This document shows, piece after piece, positions 19,041-27,990 of a stretch of 64,000 nucleotides of DNA. Position 1 is the stretch's first letter. The number at the start of each line of letters is the position of its first letter. Origin of the DNA: an uncultured Oscillospiraceae bacterium (lineage in GTDB: Bacteria; Bacillota; Clostridia; Oscillospirales; Oscillospiraceae); contig CALXGH010000039.1 of the NCBI GenBank assembly GCA_944387845.1, positions 14,930 through 78,929 on the forward strand. The letters are read 5' to 3'. The notes under the pieces were generated by a model. The model ran no database searches. It had not been told where the DNA came from and saw only the letters and a program-made list of their open reading frames with translations. A program made the translations under genes and the position numbers.

Positions 19041-21344
19041 TTGAAAGCGATCGTTATGGCAGGAGGCGAGGGCACAAGGCTGAGACCTTTGACCTCAAAC
19101 ACTCCCAAGCCAATGGTTAAGATAATGGACAGGCCGGTTTTAGAGCATATAGTCTCACTTTTGCGAAAAAATGGTATCAGCGATATATGTATGACCCTTC
19201 GCTATATGCCGGAAAAAATTACGGAGTATTTCAAAGACGGCTCTGACTTTGGAGTAAACATCACCTACAGCATTGAGTCCAGTCCACTGGGAACCGCCGG
19301 AAGTGTGAAAAACTGTGCGGATTTTATCGGAAATGACGACTTCATTGTCATATCCGGGGATTGTGTATGCAATTTCGATCTCAAGTCAGCCTTTGCCTTT
19401 CACAAGTCAAATAGGGCTCTTTCTACAATCGTCCTGTACTCCTGTACCGACCCGCTGGAGTATGGTCTTGTTGTTACAGACGATAGTGGTAAAGTAATGA
19501 AATTTATCGAAAAGCCAGGCTGGGATGGTGTAGTAACTAACCTTGTGAACACGGGAATATATATAATGTCCCCAAGGGCATTGCGCTTTATCCCAGAAAA
19601 CTCTCCCTACGACTTTGGCAAGGACTTTTTCCCTGATATACTCAGGCAGGGGGAGAACATATACGCAACTGAATCAAAAGGCTACTGGTGCGATGTTGGC
19701 TCTGTAACCTCTTATCTTGACTGCTTGCGGAAATCCCTGTCCCAGAAAACAGGCATCGAGCCAAATATAAAGCAGCTTGGAGACAGGATCTGGTGCTGCT
19801 CTCCGCTGCCGGACAGCACTACAGTGATTCCGCCTGTATATATCGGAAAAGATGTCGTGGTGGGCGAAAATTGCCACATAGGCCCATTTACATGTATAAA
19901 CAGTGGCAGCAAAATCGCATCAGGCTGCAAAATCGAAGGCAGCGTGATTGACGGTTCCAATATAAAATCAGGAGCTACTATAACAGGTTCCTTCATAGGC
20001 ACCGGAGCTATCGTAGGTGAGAACTCAGAGATAAGAGAGCAGTGCGCCATCGGCGACGGCACCTCTATCGGCCATGGCTGTACCATAAATGAAAATGTAA
20101 ACATATGGCCAAACAGAAAAATACCAGACGGCTCAAAAATCAGTGAAAACATCACTTCTGGTATGATGGTCTCATCTCTATCTTTCGGAGCGGAGGCCTC
20201 ACTCTCCGGCCAGTTTGGCCTTTCAATTACACCTGAGGCAGCTATGAATATTGGCAGCGCAGCCGCCTCTTTCGGCAAAGTTCTAGTCTGCTGTCAACCC
20301 GATGGCGCCGCGTCCCTTGTATCTGACAGCATCCTGTGCGGAGTGAGATTCTCCGGCAGTGATGGCGCTAAAGGCGACTGTCCCTTTGCGTCAGCGGCAT
20401 CATTTACAGGAAAAAACCTTGGGTTTGACATGACTCTTTTCGTAAGTCAGTCAGAGGATACGGTATCCATAAAATTCATGGACAGTCTTGGTCTTCCTCT
20501 TGATCGCCAAAACCAGCGCAAAATCGAGAGTCTTATCTACTCTGGCGGGCGCAGGACTTCCGTCTCTTCTGTGGGCCAGGTGCTGAATATATGCGGCGCC
20601 CTGGACACTTACGCCATGGCTGCAATAAAATCCTTTGGCCAAAAATATCCCCACAACATGAAAGCGTCCGTGCTTGGCCACAGCCCGGAGGCCCGGCTCC
20701 TAAAATATGTACTATCTCAACTGGGTTTTGAGCTTGTCTCCGGACAAAAGGACGTTTTTTCATTCGTAATTGGCCCTTCGGGCGAGTTCTCCCTCATAGA
20801 TGAAGACGGCACTGAACTGGACAGTCAGACCACAATGATATTAACATGCATAAGCGCCTTTGAGATGGGCTGTAAAGAATTGGTCCTTCCCTACGATGGT
20901 CCCCAGGTAATCGAGTCCATCGCGAAAAAATATTTTGCGAGAGTACTGCGCCGTGGTGGATCGTCTCAGAAGGCCGACAGTCTCTACTCAGACCAGCTTT
21001 TCATTAGAGACAGTATTTTCGCCGCAGTCAAAATCGCAGCATACTGCGTAGCTTCCGGCAAGACAATCCAAAAAATCAGTCAGTACATTCCAAGCTATTC
21101 ATATGTTGTTAGAGAGGTATTTTTAACCTCCGATAAAGCCGCTGTAATGCACAAGCTCAGTTCGGCTCTGTCCAGCGAGTCCGCCCTTGAATTTGACGCG
21201 GGCATAAAGGTAAAAGGACGTAATAAGAACGCCATAATCCGTCCGTCTTTCGATAAAAACTCAATCATAATCAAAACTGAAGCAGAAAACCCATCGGAAG
21301 CCCAGGCTCTGCTGTCAAAAATTACTGATATGGCCAAAAATTAA
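19041..21344 (+). CDS. Sugar-phosphate nucleotidyltransferase / left-handed beta-helix / phosphohexomutase-like fusion protein
   Basis: N-terminus MAGGEGTRLRPLT (NTP-transferase). Hexapeptide repeats at roughly aa 265-360. C-terminal aa 385-767 have phosphoglucomutase/phosphomannomutase architecture but degenerate motifs. TTG start after CAGGAGG. Confidence 0.8.
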   Translation: MKAIVMAGGEGTRLRPLTSNTPKPMVKIMDRPVLEHIVSLLRKNGISDICMTLRYMPEKITEYFKDGSDFGVNITYSIESSPLGTAGSVKNCADFIGNDDFIVISGDCVCNFDLKSAFAFHKSNRALSTIVLYSCTDPLEYGLVVTDDSGKVMKFIEKPGWDGVVTNLVNTGIYIMSPRALRFIPENSPYDFGKDFFPDILRQGENIYATESKGYWCDVGSVTSYLDCLRKSLSQKTGIEPNIKQLGDRIWCCSPLPDSTTVIPPVYIGKDVVVGENCHIGPFTCINSGSKIASGCKIEGSVIDGSNIKSGATITGSFIGTGAIVGENSEIREQCAIGDGTSIGHGCTINENVNIWPNRKIPDGSKISENITSGMMVSSLSFGAEASLSGQFGLSITPEAAMNIGSAAASFGKVLVCCQPDGAASLVSDSILCGVRFSGSDGAKGDCPFASAASFTGKNLGFDMTLFVSQSEDTVSIKFMDSLGLPLDRQNQRKIESLIYSGGRRTSVSSVGQVLNICGALDTYAMAAIKSFGQKYPHNMKASVLGHSPEARLLKYVLSQLGFELVSGQKDVFSFVIGPSGEFSLIDEDGTELDSQTTMILTCISAFEMGCKELVLPYDGPQVIESIAKKYFARVLRRGGSSQKADSLYSDQLFIRDSIFAAVKIAAYCVASGKTIQKISQYIPSYSYVVREVFLTSDKAAVMHKLSSALSSESALEFDAGIKVKGRNKNAIIRPSFDKNSIIIKTEAENPSEAQALLSKITDMAKN

Positions 21345-21371
21345 AACATCATTCCACATTGTCCTTCGACA

Positions 21372-21404
21372 GAAAAAGTGCTTGTGATAACACAGGCACT
21401 TTTT
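21372..21404 (+). terminator. Rho-independent terminator after the nucleotidyltransferase fusion gene
   Basis: AGTGCTTGTG (21377-21386), loop ATAA, CACAGGCACT (21391-21400). One G-U pair, then TTTT. Confidence 0.8.
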
Positions 21405-21480
21405 CCTTACCAGCGTTTGCTTTGCCCCTACCTCTCTGCTTTTTATATTCCACACACCATTAAAACGGACAAAATATCTG

Positions 21481-21509
21481 TTGATTACCGGTGAAAAGTA
21501 TAATATAAT
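21481..21509 (+). promoter_or_regulatory. Sigma-A promoter for the binding-protein gene (and probably asnS)
   Basis: TTGATT (21481-21486), 17 nt spacer, TATAAT (21504-21509). Confidence 0.65.
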
Positions 21510-21546
21510 TAAGTAATATTTGGAATATTTACGGCAGGTATGTTTT

Positions 21547-22308
21547 ATGAAGCGTATAGTTTTATCAGCCCTTGCCTTTTTATTGATTTTCCTTTTGTGC
21601 GGCTGCTCATCTGTTGAGCCGACGGTCTCCTCTCTGGACGATGTGGATGGTAAAACAGTGGGCGTTGTCAGCGGTACTCTCTCGGAAGAGTTTATAGACA
21701 AAATGGATCTCGACGTAATTGTTAAAGAGTACACAACTGAGGACGCAGCCTCGGCTGACCTAAAAAACGGGACCGTCGACTGCATTATAATCGATGAAAG
21801 CAAGGTCTCCTCAATAGTAAAAATCTTCAGCGGTCTTAAGACCCTGTCTGAAGAAATGGGAAAAGTTCAGCTCTCTTTTGTCTGCTCCAGAGCCAGGGCG
21901 GATCTTGCTTCGGCCCTGAGTGAAAAAATGAAGGATCTGGCTGTGGTCGGAGATATTCTCAAGAGTTTTGCTAAGGGAAAAGAGTACATTTATGAGCCTT
22001 CCCAGGAAAAATACGACACTGTACTCACTGTGGGCGTTTGCCTTGCCGGCTCACCCTATGCCTACATAAACGACGATGATGTCCTCACTGGCTTCGAGGT
22101 GGAGATCGCCAAAGCTGTCTGCGACAGTATGGGTCTCGGCATAGAGTTCAAAACAGTCTCAAGAGACGAGGTTCTGCCTATGATATCCACTGGGGAACTG
22201 GATTTCGCTTTAGGCGGTCTTTTCCATTTTTCCAGCTCTTCTGACGATCTTGTCTCATATTCCGCGTCTTATTATTCTGTAAATCAGATGGTAATAACGA
22301 GAAAGTAA
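21547..22308 (+). CDS. Amino-acid-type (family 3) substrate-binding lipoprotein, segment order circularly permuted
   Basis: Signal peptide plus lipobox LLCGC. The ATG at 21547 is preferred over 21520. Contains both lobes of a GlnH/HisJ-like protein, with the normally C-terminal segment first (see finding). Confidence 0.8.
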   Translation: MKRIVLSALAFLLIFLLCGCSSVEPTVSSLDDVDGKTVGVVSGTLSEEFIDKMDLDVIVKEYTTEDAASADLKNGTVDCIIIDESKVSSIVKIFSGLKTLSEEMGKVQLSFVCSRARADLASALSEKMKDLAVVGDILKSFAKGKEYIYEPSQEKYDTVLTVGVCLAGSPYAYINDDDVLTGFEVEIAKAVCDSMGLGIEFKTVSRDEVLPMISTGELDFALGGLFHFSSSSDDLVSYSASYYSVNQMVITRK

Positions 22309-22338
22309 ATCATTATATTTCGAAAGAGGATAATAAAA

Positions 22339-23742
22339 ATGAACGATATCAACATCACAAAAGTTTCATCCGTTTTTGCCGACAGCAGCATATACGACGG
22401 CAAAACCATAACCGTCGGCGGCTGGGCCCGCACCATCCGGGATATGAAAAATTTCGGCTTCATAGAGCTCAATGACGGCAGCTGCTTTAGAAATCTTCAG
22501 ATAGTTTTCGAGGCTGCGACTCTTGAAAATTATGCTGAAATTGCTCGTCAGAATGTCGGTACGGCTTTTATAGTTACAGGAACGGTTGTTTTAACTCCTG
22601 AGGCAAAGCAGCCACTGGAGCTCAAAGCTGCCCAGATCTGCATTGAAGGCCCTTCCTCTCCGGAATATCCCCTTCAGAAAAAGCGCCACACTGTGGAATA
22701 TCTTAGAACTATACAGCATCTGCGTCCAAGAACAAACCTGTTCTCCGCGGCTTTCCGCGTACGCTCCGTAGCTGCCCACGCTGTTCACTGCTTCTTCCAG
22801 GATCAGGGATTTGTATATGTTCAGACACCAATAATCACAGGCTCCGACTGTGAAGGTGCCGGTGAAATGTTCCAGGTAACCACTCTGGATATGGAAAACG
22901 TACCGAAAAATCCCGATGGTACTGTGGATTACACGAAAGACTTCTTCGGTAAGCGCACAAGCCTGACAGTATCTGGTCAGCTCAACGCTGAGAACTTCGC
23001 TATGGCCTTTGGCAACGTATATACTTTCGGTCCTACTTTCCGCGCGGAAAACTCCAACACTCAGCGCCACGCTGCAGAATTCTGGATGATCGAGCCGGAA
23101 ATGGCTTTTGCCGATCTTACAGACTATATGGACAACGCTGAAGCTATGATAAAATATGTCATTCGCCGTGTTCTGGAAAAATGCCCGGACGAAATCAACT
23201 TCTTCAACTCCTTTGTTGACAAGGGTCTTAAGGAGCGTCTTGAGCATGTTGCGTCCTTCGATTTCGCCCGCGTCAGCTACACTGAGGCTGTTGAAATCCT
23301 TGAAAAGTACAATGACAAATTTGAATTTAAAGTATACTGGGGCTGCGACCTCCAGACTGAGCATGAGAGATATCTCACAGAGCAGATTTTCAAACGTCCT
23401 GTTTTCGTTACAGACTATCCAAAAGAGATAAAGGCCTTTTATATGCGCCAGAACGACGACGGCAAAACAGTTGCCGCTGCAGACTGCCTTGTTCCTGGCA
23501 TTGGTGAGCTTATCGGCGGTAGCCAGCGTGAAGAGCGTCTTGACATTCTTGATGCCCGTATTAAGGAACTTGGCCTCAATCCTGACGACTACTGGTGGTA
23601 TGAGGATCTGCGCCGTTACGGCACATGCCGCCACGCCGGCTATGGCATGGGCTTTGAGCGCATGGTAATGTACCTTACAGGCATTACAAACATCCGTGAT
23701 GTTGAGCTCCACCCCAGAACTGTTGGAAACGCAGATTTCTAA
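22339..23742 (+). CDS. asnS: Asparagine--tRNA ligase
   Basis: 467 aa. OB-fold N-terminus ([21 protein letters not shown]). Class II motifs ([30 protein letters not shown]). Confidence 0.95.
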   Translation: MNDINITKVSSVFADSSIYDGKTITVGGWARTIRDMKNFGFIELNDGSCFRNLQIVFEAATLENYAEIARQNVGTAFIVTGTVVLTPEAKQPLELKAAQICIEGPSSPEYPLQKKRHTVEYLRTIQHLRPRTNLFSAAFRVRSVAAHAVHCFFQDQGFVYVQTPIITGSDCEGAGEMFQVTTLDMENVPKNPDGTVDYTKDFFGKRTSLTVSGQLNAENFAMAFGNVYTFGPTFRAENSNTQRHAAEFWMIEPEMAFADLTDYMDNAEAMIKYVIRRVLEKCPDEINFFNSFVDKGLKERLEHVASFDFARVSYTEAVEILEKYNDKFEFKVYWGCDLQTEHERYLTEQIFKRPVFVTDYPKEIKAFYMRQNDDGKTVAAADCLVPGIGELIGGSQREERLDILDARIKELGLNPDDYWWYEDLRRYGTCRHAGYGMGFERMVMYLTGITNIRDVELHPRTVGNADF

Positions 23743-23834
23743 TACATGCGGCGTTTTGGCCGCTGGCGGTGGTTTTAAAGCTTATGCATCCATACCACTA
23801 GACTACAAATTTTTGCGGCAAAAGGTGAATATTA

Positions 23835-24932
23835 ATGTCCTTTAAAAAAAAGAAAAATTCTGATCCAATAGATTTTAACGCTTACGGTCTCAAACCGACG
23901 GGATATTATCTTGATAGCCTTAAAGATCTGAGCCGCGATCTGGACAGAATGGAACAAAACTATTCAGACGCAGATACGCTTTTAAGTTGCATAAAGGAGG
24001 CTGAGGCCGCGGCTGATCAGCTGATACGCGAGACCGGCGGTGAAGGTGCCATGCTGAAGTCAGACGCGCCAAAGACACAGGCGGAAAAATCGCCTGAGAC
24101 CCCGGATCTTAAAGATCTTCTTGCGGAACTCGACTCTCTTGTGGGCCTTGAAAAAATCAAGGAGAATGTAAAAAGTCTTATAAATCTTGTAAAAGTACGC
24201 AAACTCAGGGAGGAAAACGGTCTTTCCTCCCCTGCGATATCCCTCCATCTGGTTTTTATGGGTAATCCTGGCACCGGCAAGACCACAGTGGCCCGTCTTA
24301 TTGCCCAGCTTTATCACGCAATCGGCGTTTTGAGCAAGGGTCAACTTGTGGAAGTAGACAGGTCAGGCCTTGTAGCTGGTTTCGTGGGCCAGACTGCTAT
24401 AAAAACCAACGAAGTTATTAAAAAGGCCCTGGGTGGCGTTTTGTTTATAGATGAAGCCTACTCTCTTGCCTCCTCTTCTTCCGGCGCTGGCGGCGCTGAT
24501 TTCGGTCAGGAGGCTATTGAAACCCTATTGAAGGCTATGGAGGACAATAGGGACGATTTTGTTGTAATCGTGGCCGGATATGAAAATCTCATGGAGAATT
24601 TCATAAACTCAAACCCGGGTCTTGAATCCAGATTCAACCGCTATTTCATATTTGAAGACTATACAGGACAGCAGCTCTATGAGATTTTCCTGTCCATGTG
24701 CAAAAAAAATCAGTACATCCTTTATGAAGGTGCCAATGAGTACTCCAAAAAGTTTTTTGAGGACATGTACCAGCAGAAGGACGAAAACTTCGGTAACGCC
24801 AGGGATGTGCGGAATATTTTCGAAAACATTATCACGATCCACTCTAACAGAGTCGCCCAGCTTGAAAATCCCGCAAAAGATGATCTTATGACCATTTGCA
24901 AAGAGGATATAGAAAAGGCCGGCGCTATGTAA
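23835..24932 (+). CDS. spoVK: AAA+ ATPase, SpoVK/CbbX family
   Basis: Walker A GNPGTGKTTVARL, Walker B VLFIDEAY, and VVIVAGY typical of SpoVK-like proteins. N-terminal region of about 100 aa has no recognisable family. Confidence 0.75.
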   Translation: MSFKKKKNSDPIDFNAYGLKPTGYYLDSLKDLSRDLDRMEQNYSDADTLLSCIKEAEAAADQLIRETGGEGAMLKSDAPKTQAEKSPETPDLKDLLAELDSLVGLEKIKENVKSLINLVKVRKLREENGLSSPAISLHLVFMGNPGTGKTTVARLIAQLYHAIGVLSKGQLVEVDRSGLVAGFVGQTAIKTNEVIKKALGGVLFIDEAYSLASSSSGAGGADFGQEAIETLLKAMEDNRDDFVVIVAGYENLMENFINSNPGLESRFNRYFIFEDYTGQQLYEIFLSMCKKNQYILYEGANEYSKKFFEDMYQQKDENFGNARDVRNIFENIITIHSNRVAQLENPAKDDLMTICKEDIEKAGAM

Positions 24933-24944
24933 AGGAAAATAAAT

Positions 24945-25748
24945 ATGGATATATCCATAAAGAACTACAGGGATTTTCTCTCTGAGCGGTATAAAAACTC
25001 TGGCATGTTCCACGCCACTATCCTGTCCGGTCCCCAATCCGAGGAAAAGGACCGGATCATAAGAGCAATTGCCGCCTCCATCGTCTGTCAGTCGACTGGC
25101 AGTGTCAGGCCATGTATGAACTGCGAAGGCTGCCGGAAAGCTTTTGAGAACATACACCCGGACATAACGGTTATAGATCTTCTTAAAGATAAGAAGGAAC
25201 TTACCGTGGACCAGATGAGAGTTGTCCGGTCTGACGCTTTTGTTGTGCCTAACGATGGAGAAAACAAAGTATATATCATAAATAACGCAGATAAAATGAA
25301 TACGGCGGCTCAAAATGTGCTTTTAAAAACCCTTGAGGAGCCGCCCCGGTTTTCTTACTTTATACTGTGCGCTGAAAACCCATCCCTCCTACTTCCCACT
25401 GTACGTTCACGGTGCGCTTTAATCAGGTTTATATCTGGCCAGAGCGCCGCAGCGGAGGAAGATGTGGAAAACACCGCCGACAGGCTTATTGATACATATC
25501 TATCTGGAGATAGATTTTCCATGGTATCTTTTATAAACAGCCTTGAGAAAACCGATCGCATAACATTCGGAAACCTTTCTTCCGCTGTCAGTAAAAAGAC
25601 AGTTTCGCGTCTTAAAACTGCGGAAGACCCAAATATTAGGAAAAAACTTTTGAAAATGTTCCAGACATTTGATACGGTATCGTCATATCTTAGTCTGAAC
25701 GTAGGCGTTGTACATATTCTCGGTCTTTTATGTGCCGAGCTAACCTGA
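24945..25748 (+). CDS. holB: DNA polymerase III subunit delta'
   Basis: Clamp-loader fold without an intact Walker A. Zinc module CQSTGSVRPCMNCEGC. NALLKTLEEPP-like NVLLKTLEEPP and SRC motif TVRSRC. holB-ricT order. Confidence 0.85.
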   Translation: MDISIKNYRDFLSERYKNSGMFHATILSGPQSEEKDRIIRAIAASIVCQSTGSVRPCMNCEGCRKAFENIHPDITVIDLLKDKKELTVDQMRVVRSDAFVVPNDGENKVYIINNADKMNTAAQNVLLKTLEEPPRFSYFILCAENPSLLLPTVRSRCALIRFISGQSAAAEEDVENTADRLIDTYLSGDRFSMVSFINSLEKTDRITFGNLSSAVSKKTVSRLKTAEDPNIRKKLLKMFQTFDTVSSYLSLNVGVVHILGLLCAELT

Positions 25749-25775
25749 AGCGCCTGAACAGAAAGAGGAAATAAA

Positions 25776-27056
25776 TTGACAGAAGTTGTAAGTGTAAAAT
25801 TTAAAAGCAAAGGCAAGGTTTACTACTTTGATCCGGCTGACTTTAAAATAGAAAAAGGTCAGAATGTCATCGTGGAAACCTCAAAAGGTATCGAATTTGC
25901 CGAATGCGTCAGAGGCAATCACTCTGTTGATGACTCCACGGTAGTACCGCCTCTGCGCCCAATAATCAGAATAGCCACTGAAGAGGACACTGAGCGTGCT
26001 ATACGAAACAAGGAGAAAGAGGCCGAGGCCTTTGATATCTGTCGGGAAAAAATAAAAAACCACAATCTTGATATGAAACTTGTGGATGTTGAATACAGCT
26101 TTGACGGAAACAAGATCCTGTTCTGCTTCACTTCCGACGGAAGAGTGGATTTCAGAGACCTTGTAAAAGACCTGGCAGCAACCTTCAAAATGCGTATTGA
26201 ACTTAGGCAGATAGGCGTTAGAGACGAAGCCCGTCTTCTGGGCGGCCTTGGAATCTGCGGAAAACCGTTCTGCTGTGCTCAGTTCCTTGATGATTTTCAG
26301 CCGGTCTCCATTAAAATGGCTAAAACTCAGGGTCTGTCCCTGAATCCTACAAAGATATCGGGTACCTGCGGACGTCTTATGTGCTGTCTCAAATATGAAC
26401 AAGAGGCTTATGAGGATCTTGTAAAACAAGTCCCCAAACAGGACTCCTTTGTAGATACTCCTGAAGGTAAAGGCATGGTAACAGATGTAAATCTTCTGCG
26501 CCGTAAAGTCAGGGTAAAGCTGGAAAATCAGAATGATCTATCTCTCAAAACTTTCGATGCCAGCGAAGTTACTGTTCTTGGCGGTAAAGCTCAGAGGGCT
26601 GAATATCTGGCGGGTATTGCTGACGGTTCAATCGTAGAAGAGCCCAAAAAGCCCCGTATCCAGCGTGAAACAAAACCTAGTACTGAGATGCAGGAGTCTG
26701 AGGGCTGGATAATACCAGGCCTAGAAAACGATGGTCTTCAGCTGGCGAGTATCGCCGCGCAGAAGTCCCAGTCCAAGGGTAAAAAACCTGTAAAACTCGA
26801 TATCCCCGAGGAGCTATCTGAAGAACAAAAAGATCAGAGATCCCGTAAACACAGAAGCGGAAGAAGGCCACGTGGTCAGAATAAAAATGCCCCGCGCACT
26901 GGAAACCGTTCTCCCAAGGACAGCAAAAAGGTCTCCTCAATACCGCCGAAGCAGCAGACCAAGGCAACAGTCCAGAAGGATGACGCCCAACTGCCACGAA
27001 AGCCCTACCACAGAAGGAAGGGCGGTAAAAAGCCTCAGGGCGGCGGAGAATCTTAA
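25776..27056 (+). CDS. ricT: PSP1-domain protein RicT/YaaT (stage 0 sporulation protein) with a long basic C-terminal tail
   Basis: PSP1 core with the Cys cluster GICGKPFCCAQFL...GTCGRLMCCLKYE. TTG start after AGAGGAA. The last roughly 140 aa are K/R/P/Q-rich and low complexity. Confidence 0.85.
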   Translation: MTEVVSVKFKSKGKVYYFDPADFKIEKGQNVIVETSKGIEFAECVRGNHSVDDSTVVPPLRPIIRIATEEDTERAIRNKEKEAEAFDICREKIKNHNLDMKLVDVEYSFDGNKILFCFTSDGRVDFRDLVKDLAATFKMRIELRQIGVRDEARLLGGLGICGKPFCCAQFLDDFQPVSIKMAKTQGLSLNPTKISGTCGRLMCCLKYEQEAYEDLVKQVPKQDSFVDTPEGKGMVTDVNLLRRKVRVKLENQNDLSLKTFDASEVTVLGGKAQRAEYLAGIADGSIVEEPKKPRIQRETKPSTEMQESEGWIIPGLENDGLQLASIAAQKSQSKGKKPVKLDIPEELSEEQKDQRSRKHRSGRRPRGQNKNAPRTGNRSPKDSKKVSSIPPKQQTKATVQKDDAQLPRKPYHRRKGGKKPQGGGES

Positions 27057-27067
27057 TATGAATATCA

Positions 27068-27097
27068 AAGCTCCCATGAAAAATGGGAGCTTTTGTT
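27068..27097 (+). terminator. Rho-independent terminator after ricT
   Basis: AAGCTCCCA (27068-27076), 7-nt loop, TGGGAGCTT (27084-27092), then TTGTT. Confidence 0.8.
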
Positions 27098-27173
27098 ATA
27101 CCTAAACAATCCGGATATTTTAAATTATTTTATAAAAAGACACTTTCCCCTAAAAAAGTTACCTTTTATATAC

Positions 27174-27202
27174 TTGACTGTGCCCAAAGTATGTGTTATT
27201 AT
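27174..27202 (+). promoter_or_regulatory. Sigma-A promoter of tRNA-fMet
   Basis: TTGACT (27174-27179), 17 nt spacer, TATTAT (27197-27202). Lies about 27 nt before the tRNA 5' end. Confidence 0.7.
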
Positions 27203-27229
27203 AATTAGGCTAAAGATAAAAGCAAATAT

Positions 27230-27305
<76 letters not shown>

Positions 27306-27310
27306 AACAT

Positions 27311-27342
27311 CGGAGCAAAGTTACCTTTGCTCCGAATTTTTT
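27311..27342 (+). terminator. Rho-independent terminator after tRNA-fMet
   Basis: CGGAGCAAAG (27311-27320), loop TTAC, CTTTGCTCCG (27325-27334), then AATTTTTT. Confidence 0.9.
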
Positions 27343-27465
27343 ATTTATGATCTAGAAATACATTCTCTGATTATTTTGCCGTTAAAAATTTATAAAATTT
27401 TTTCATTTTCTTTTAACCAATCCATGGCATATGGAATATGATGTGTTGTTCCAATTGAAAGGAAA

Positions 27466-27810
27466 ATGATTATAATACAGAATGAATTGCCAATTATGGA
27501 AGACCAGACTTGCCCAACTATTGGGTATCAGTCCGCATCAATTTGCGTACCGGTAACCGTAAACCCATTCGCCAAGACAGGCGCAACTTTTACAAAATGT
27601 TGCGGAACACCTGTTGTAACTCCAGGTAGAGTTATGTGCGAAGGTGAAAGAAATGGTGCCTGCGTTTTCACCATCACTCAGGATATCTGCGTAGCTGTTC
27701 CAGTTGAATTTGGTGCAACTGCCACAGTCGGCGATACGTTTGTTAACTGCAACGACGCTTCCACTGATGATATCTGCACTGGCTGCGGTAGCATTGCTCC
27801 TGTAGAGTAA
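27466..27810 (+). CDS. Cysteine-rich small protein with an internal duplication (hypothetical)
   Basis: 114-aa ORF with 10 Cys. Two related repeats, ICVPVTVNPFAKTGATFTKCC and ICVAVPVEFGATATVGDTFVNC. SD-like AAAGGA sits only 2 nt before the ATG at 27466, and an alternative ATG at 27496 has no SD, so the start is uncertain. Confidence 0.55.
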   Translation: MIIIQNELPIMEDQTCPTIGYQSASICVPVTVNPFAKTGATFTKCCGTPVVTPGRVMCEGERNGACVFTITQDICVAVPVEFGATATVGDTFVNCNDASTDDICTGCGSIAPVE

Positions 27811-27990
27811 TTGCCTGCGCTATAGGATAAACCACTTCTGGTACATTATAACCAGGATGTGTTCTGGTTTTACAATGGCATTTGATACGGGAACAGAAGT
27901 AATTACTTTCTGAACCCCTCTCATTTAATAGCTTACGAAAACATCTAAAACAATTTAAAAGCGACTGCCAAAACAGTCAGTTATGTCTGT

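Noticed and set aside
22309-22338. T-box leader for asnS.
   Set aside because: Only 30 nt separate asnS from the upstream lipoprotein gene, and its promoter leaves a leader of about 30 nt. There is no room for a T-box.
22591-23712. 373-aa ORF antisense to asnS.
   Set aside because: Same explanation as for the butyrate operon. asnS on the plus strand is unambiguous, and the antisense product has no recognisable features.
24609-25313. 234-aa minus-strand ORF spanning the spoVK-like/holB junction.
   Set aside because: It is antisense to two well-supported genes, crosses their intergenic SD, and has no SD or family match.
27400-27465. Sporulation-sigma (sigma-K/sigma-E type) promoter in front of the Cys-rich gene (GCATATGGAATATGA).
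   Set aside because: It matches only the CATA part of the -10 consensus, with the wrong downstream bases and no convincing -35. Not supportable by eye.
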